25,450 nt of DNA from a virus. Its lineage: Duplodnaviria; Caudoviricetes. Below, piece by piece: positions 24,858 through 25,450 of this stretch. The stretch covers positions 1 to 25,450 of the IMG/VR virus record IMGVR_UViG_3300033480_000053. The stretch is one strand, 5' to 3'. Made by a program: the position numbers and the translations under genes. The notes beneath the pieces were generated by a model. The model did no database searches. It had not been told where the DNA came from and worked only from the letters and a program-made list of their open reading frames with translations. The first letter of the stretch is position 1. Every line of letters begins with the position of its first letter.

Positions 24858-25450
24858 GCGTTCCGTATCTCTGGATCGAGGACCAGGCGGGGAACCGCTG
24901 CGACCTGCCGGCCGACTTCTGGCTGCGGGACGACGGGTGGTCTCAGACGGCGAACGTCCAGCACGTCGCCTTCGGCATGGGGGGCCGCGACCTGGCGGAC
25001 GGTCACCTCGAGCACCGCGTCATAACCATAGAGGGGGCAGTCCGCGCCGACACCCTGGCGGCCCTGGAGGTCAAGGTCAGGGCGGTCCAGAAGGCGCTCG
25101 TCGCCGCCGGGAAGCTCCACGTCAGCGACGACGTCGTTCCGCGATTCATCGTCGTCGCGAACCCCAAGGTCGACTCGCAGTACTCCGGGGAGTACCGGTT
25201 CGAGAAGATCATCAACGTGTCATTCGTGTGCCCCGACCCGTTCTGGATGAGCGACCACGAGTACGGGGCGGAGACAGGAGAGTACAACCTCCTTTCCGGA
25301 AACGACTCTTTCAAGGTTGACAACTCCGCGTCGGACAGCATCGTCTATCCCCTCATCAGGATCGTGGCCGACGTCGCGGACCTACCGAGCGTGAAGCTCA
25401 CCAACAAGACCGACGGCGGCATGAGCTTCGAGTACAACGATCCGGACTTC
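24854..25450 (+). CDS. Distal tail (Dit-like) protein, truncated by the window end
   Basis: GTG overlapping the tape measure stop after GAGGT; MSVPYLWIEDQAGNR..RVITIEG..VSFVCPDPFW; absent from the ORF track because it runs off the end. Confidence 0.8.
   Translation, partial: MSVPYLWIEDQAGNRCDLPADFWLRDDGWSQTANVQHVAFGMGGRDLADGHLEHRVITIEGAVRADTLAALEVKVRAVQKALVAAGKLHVSDDVVPRFIVVANPKVDSQYSGEYRFEKIINVSFVCPDPFWMSDHEYGAETGEYNLLSGNDSFKVDNSASDSIVYPLIRIVADVADLPSVKLTNKTDGGMSFEYNDPDF

Larger units (their letters stand above)
1..25450 (+). mobile_element. Tailed phage/prophage genome segment (siphovirus-like replication, head, accessory glycan and tail modules)
   Basis: Canonical co-oriented order terS-terL-portal-protease-capsid-adaptor-...-neck-major tail-chaperone-tape measure-Dit. 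No host flank or att site visible. Confidence 0.97.

Noticed and set aside
24847-25320. Track ORF of 157 aa after the tape measure gene
   Set aside because: Wrong frame; the Dit-like frame starts at GTG 24854 and runs off the window.
1-25450. CRISPR arrays, tRNAs, integrase/att sites, DGR repeats, introns or inteins
   Set aside because: None seen by eye; TerL, portal and capsid have ordinary lengths. A covariance-model search would be needed to exclude small RNAs.

Overview
This 25.45 kb window is a single + strand segment of a tailed dsDNA phage or prophage, probably a siphovirus (no sheath gene, 757-aa tape measure, Dit). It opens with replication and accessory genes: HTH initiator, Zn-finger protein, Lar-like protein, N4/N6 DNA methyltransferase and a UDG-fold protein. 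These are followed by packaging and head genes: TerS, PBSX-type TerL, portal, protease/scaffold, decoration protein, major capsid and adaptor. Next comes a MuF-type minor head protein with an AT-rich ADP-ribosyltransferase C-terminus, then an ~8.4 kb glycan cluster, then neck and tail genes. The standout is the glycan cluster, which sits inside the morphogenesis operon and is translationally coupled at both ends. It encodes an apparently complete nonulosonic (sialic) acid pathway (NanE, NeuB, KdsC-like phosphatase, NanQ/YhcH, NeuA; no NeuC), a Maf/DUF115 sialyltransferase-like protein, a GT4, four SAM methyltransferases and a sulfotransferase. This suggests phage-encoded sialylation, possibly of the virion, by an unusual route that reuses catabolic enzymes. 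Other signals read from the DNA: a 19-bp direct repeat bracketing the ART toxin cassette, a recurring (V/I/L)QA motif at head-protein domain junctions (candidate protease sites), a hidden ATT-initiated N-terminal domain on the protease, and a -1 frameshift with hairpin in the tail chaperone. All product calls are from motif recognition and gene context; no database search was run.
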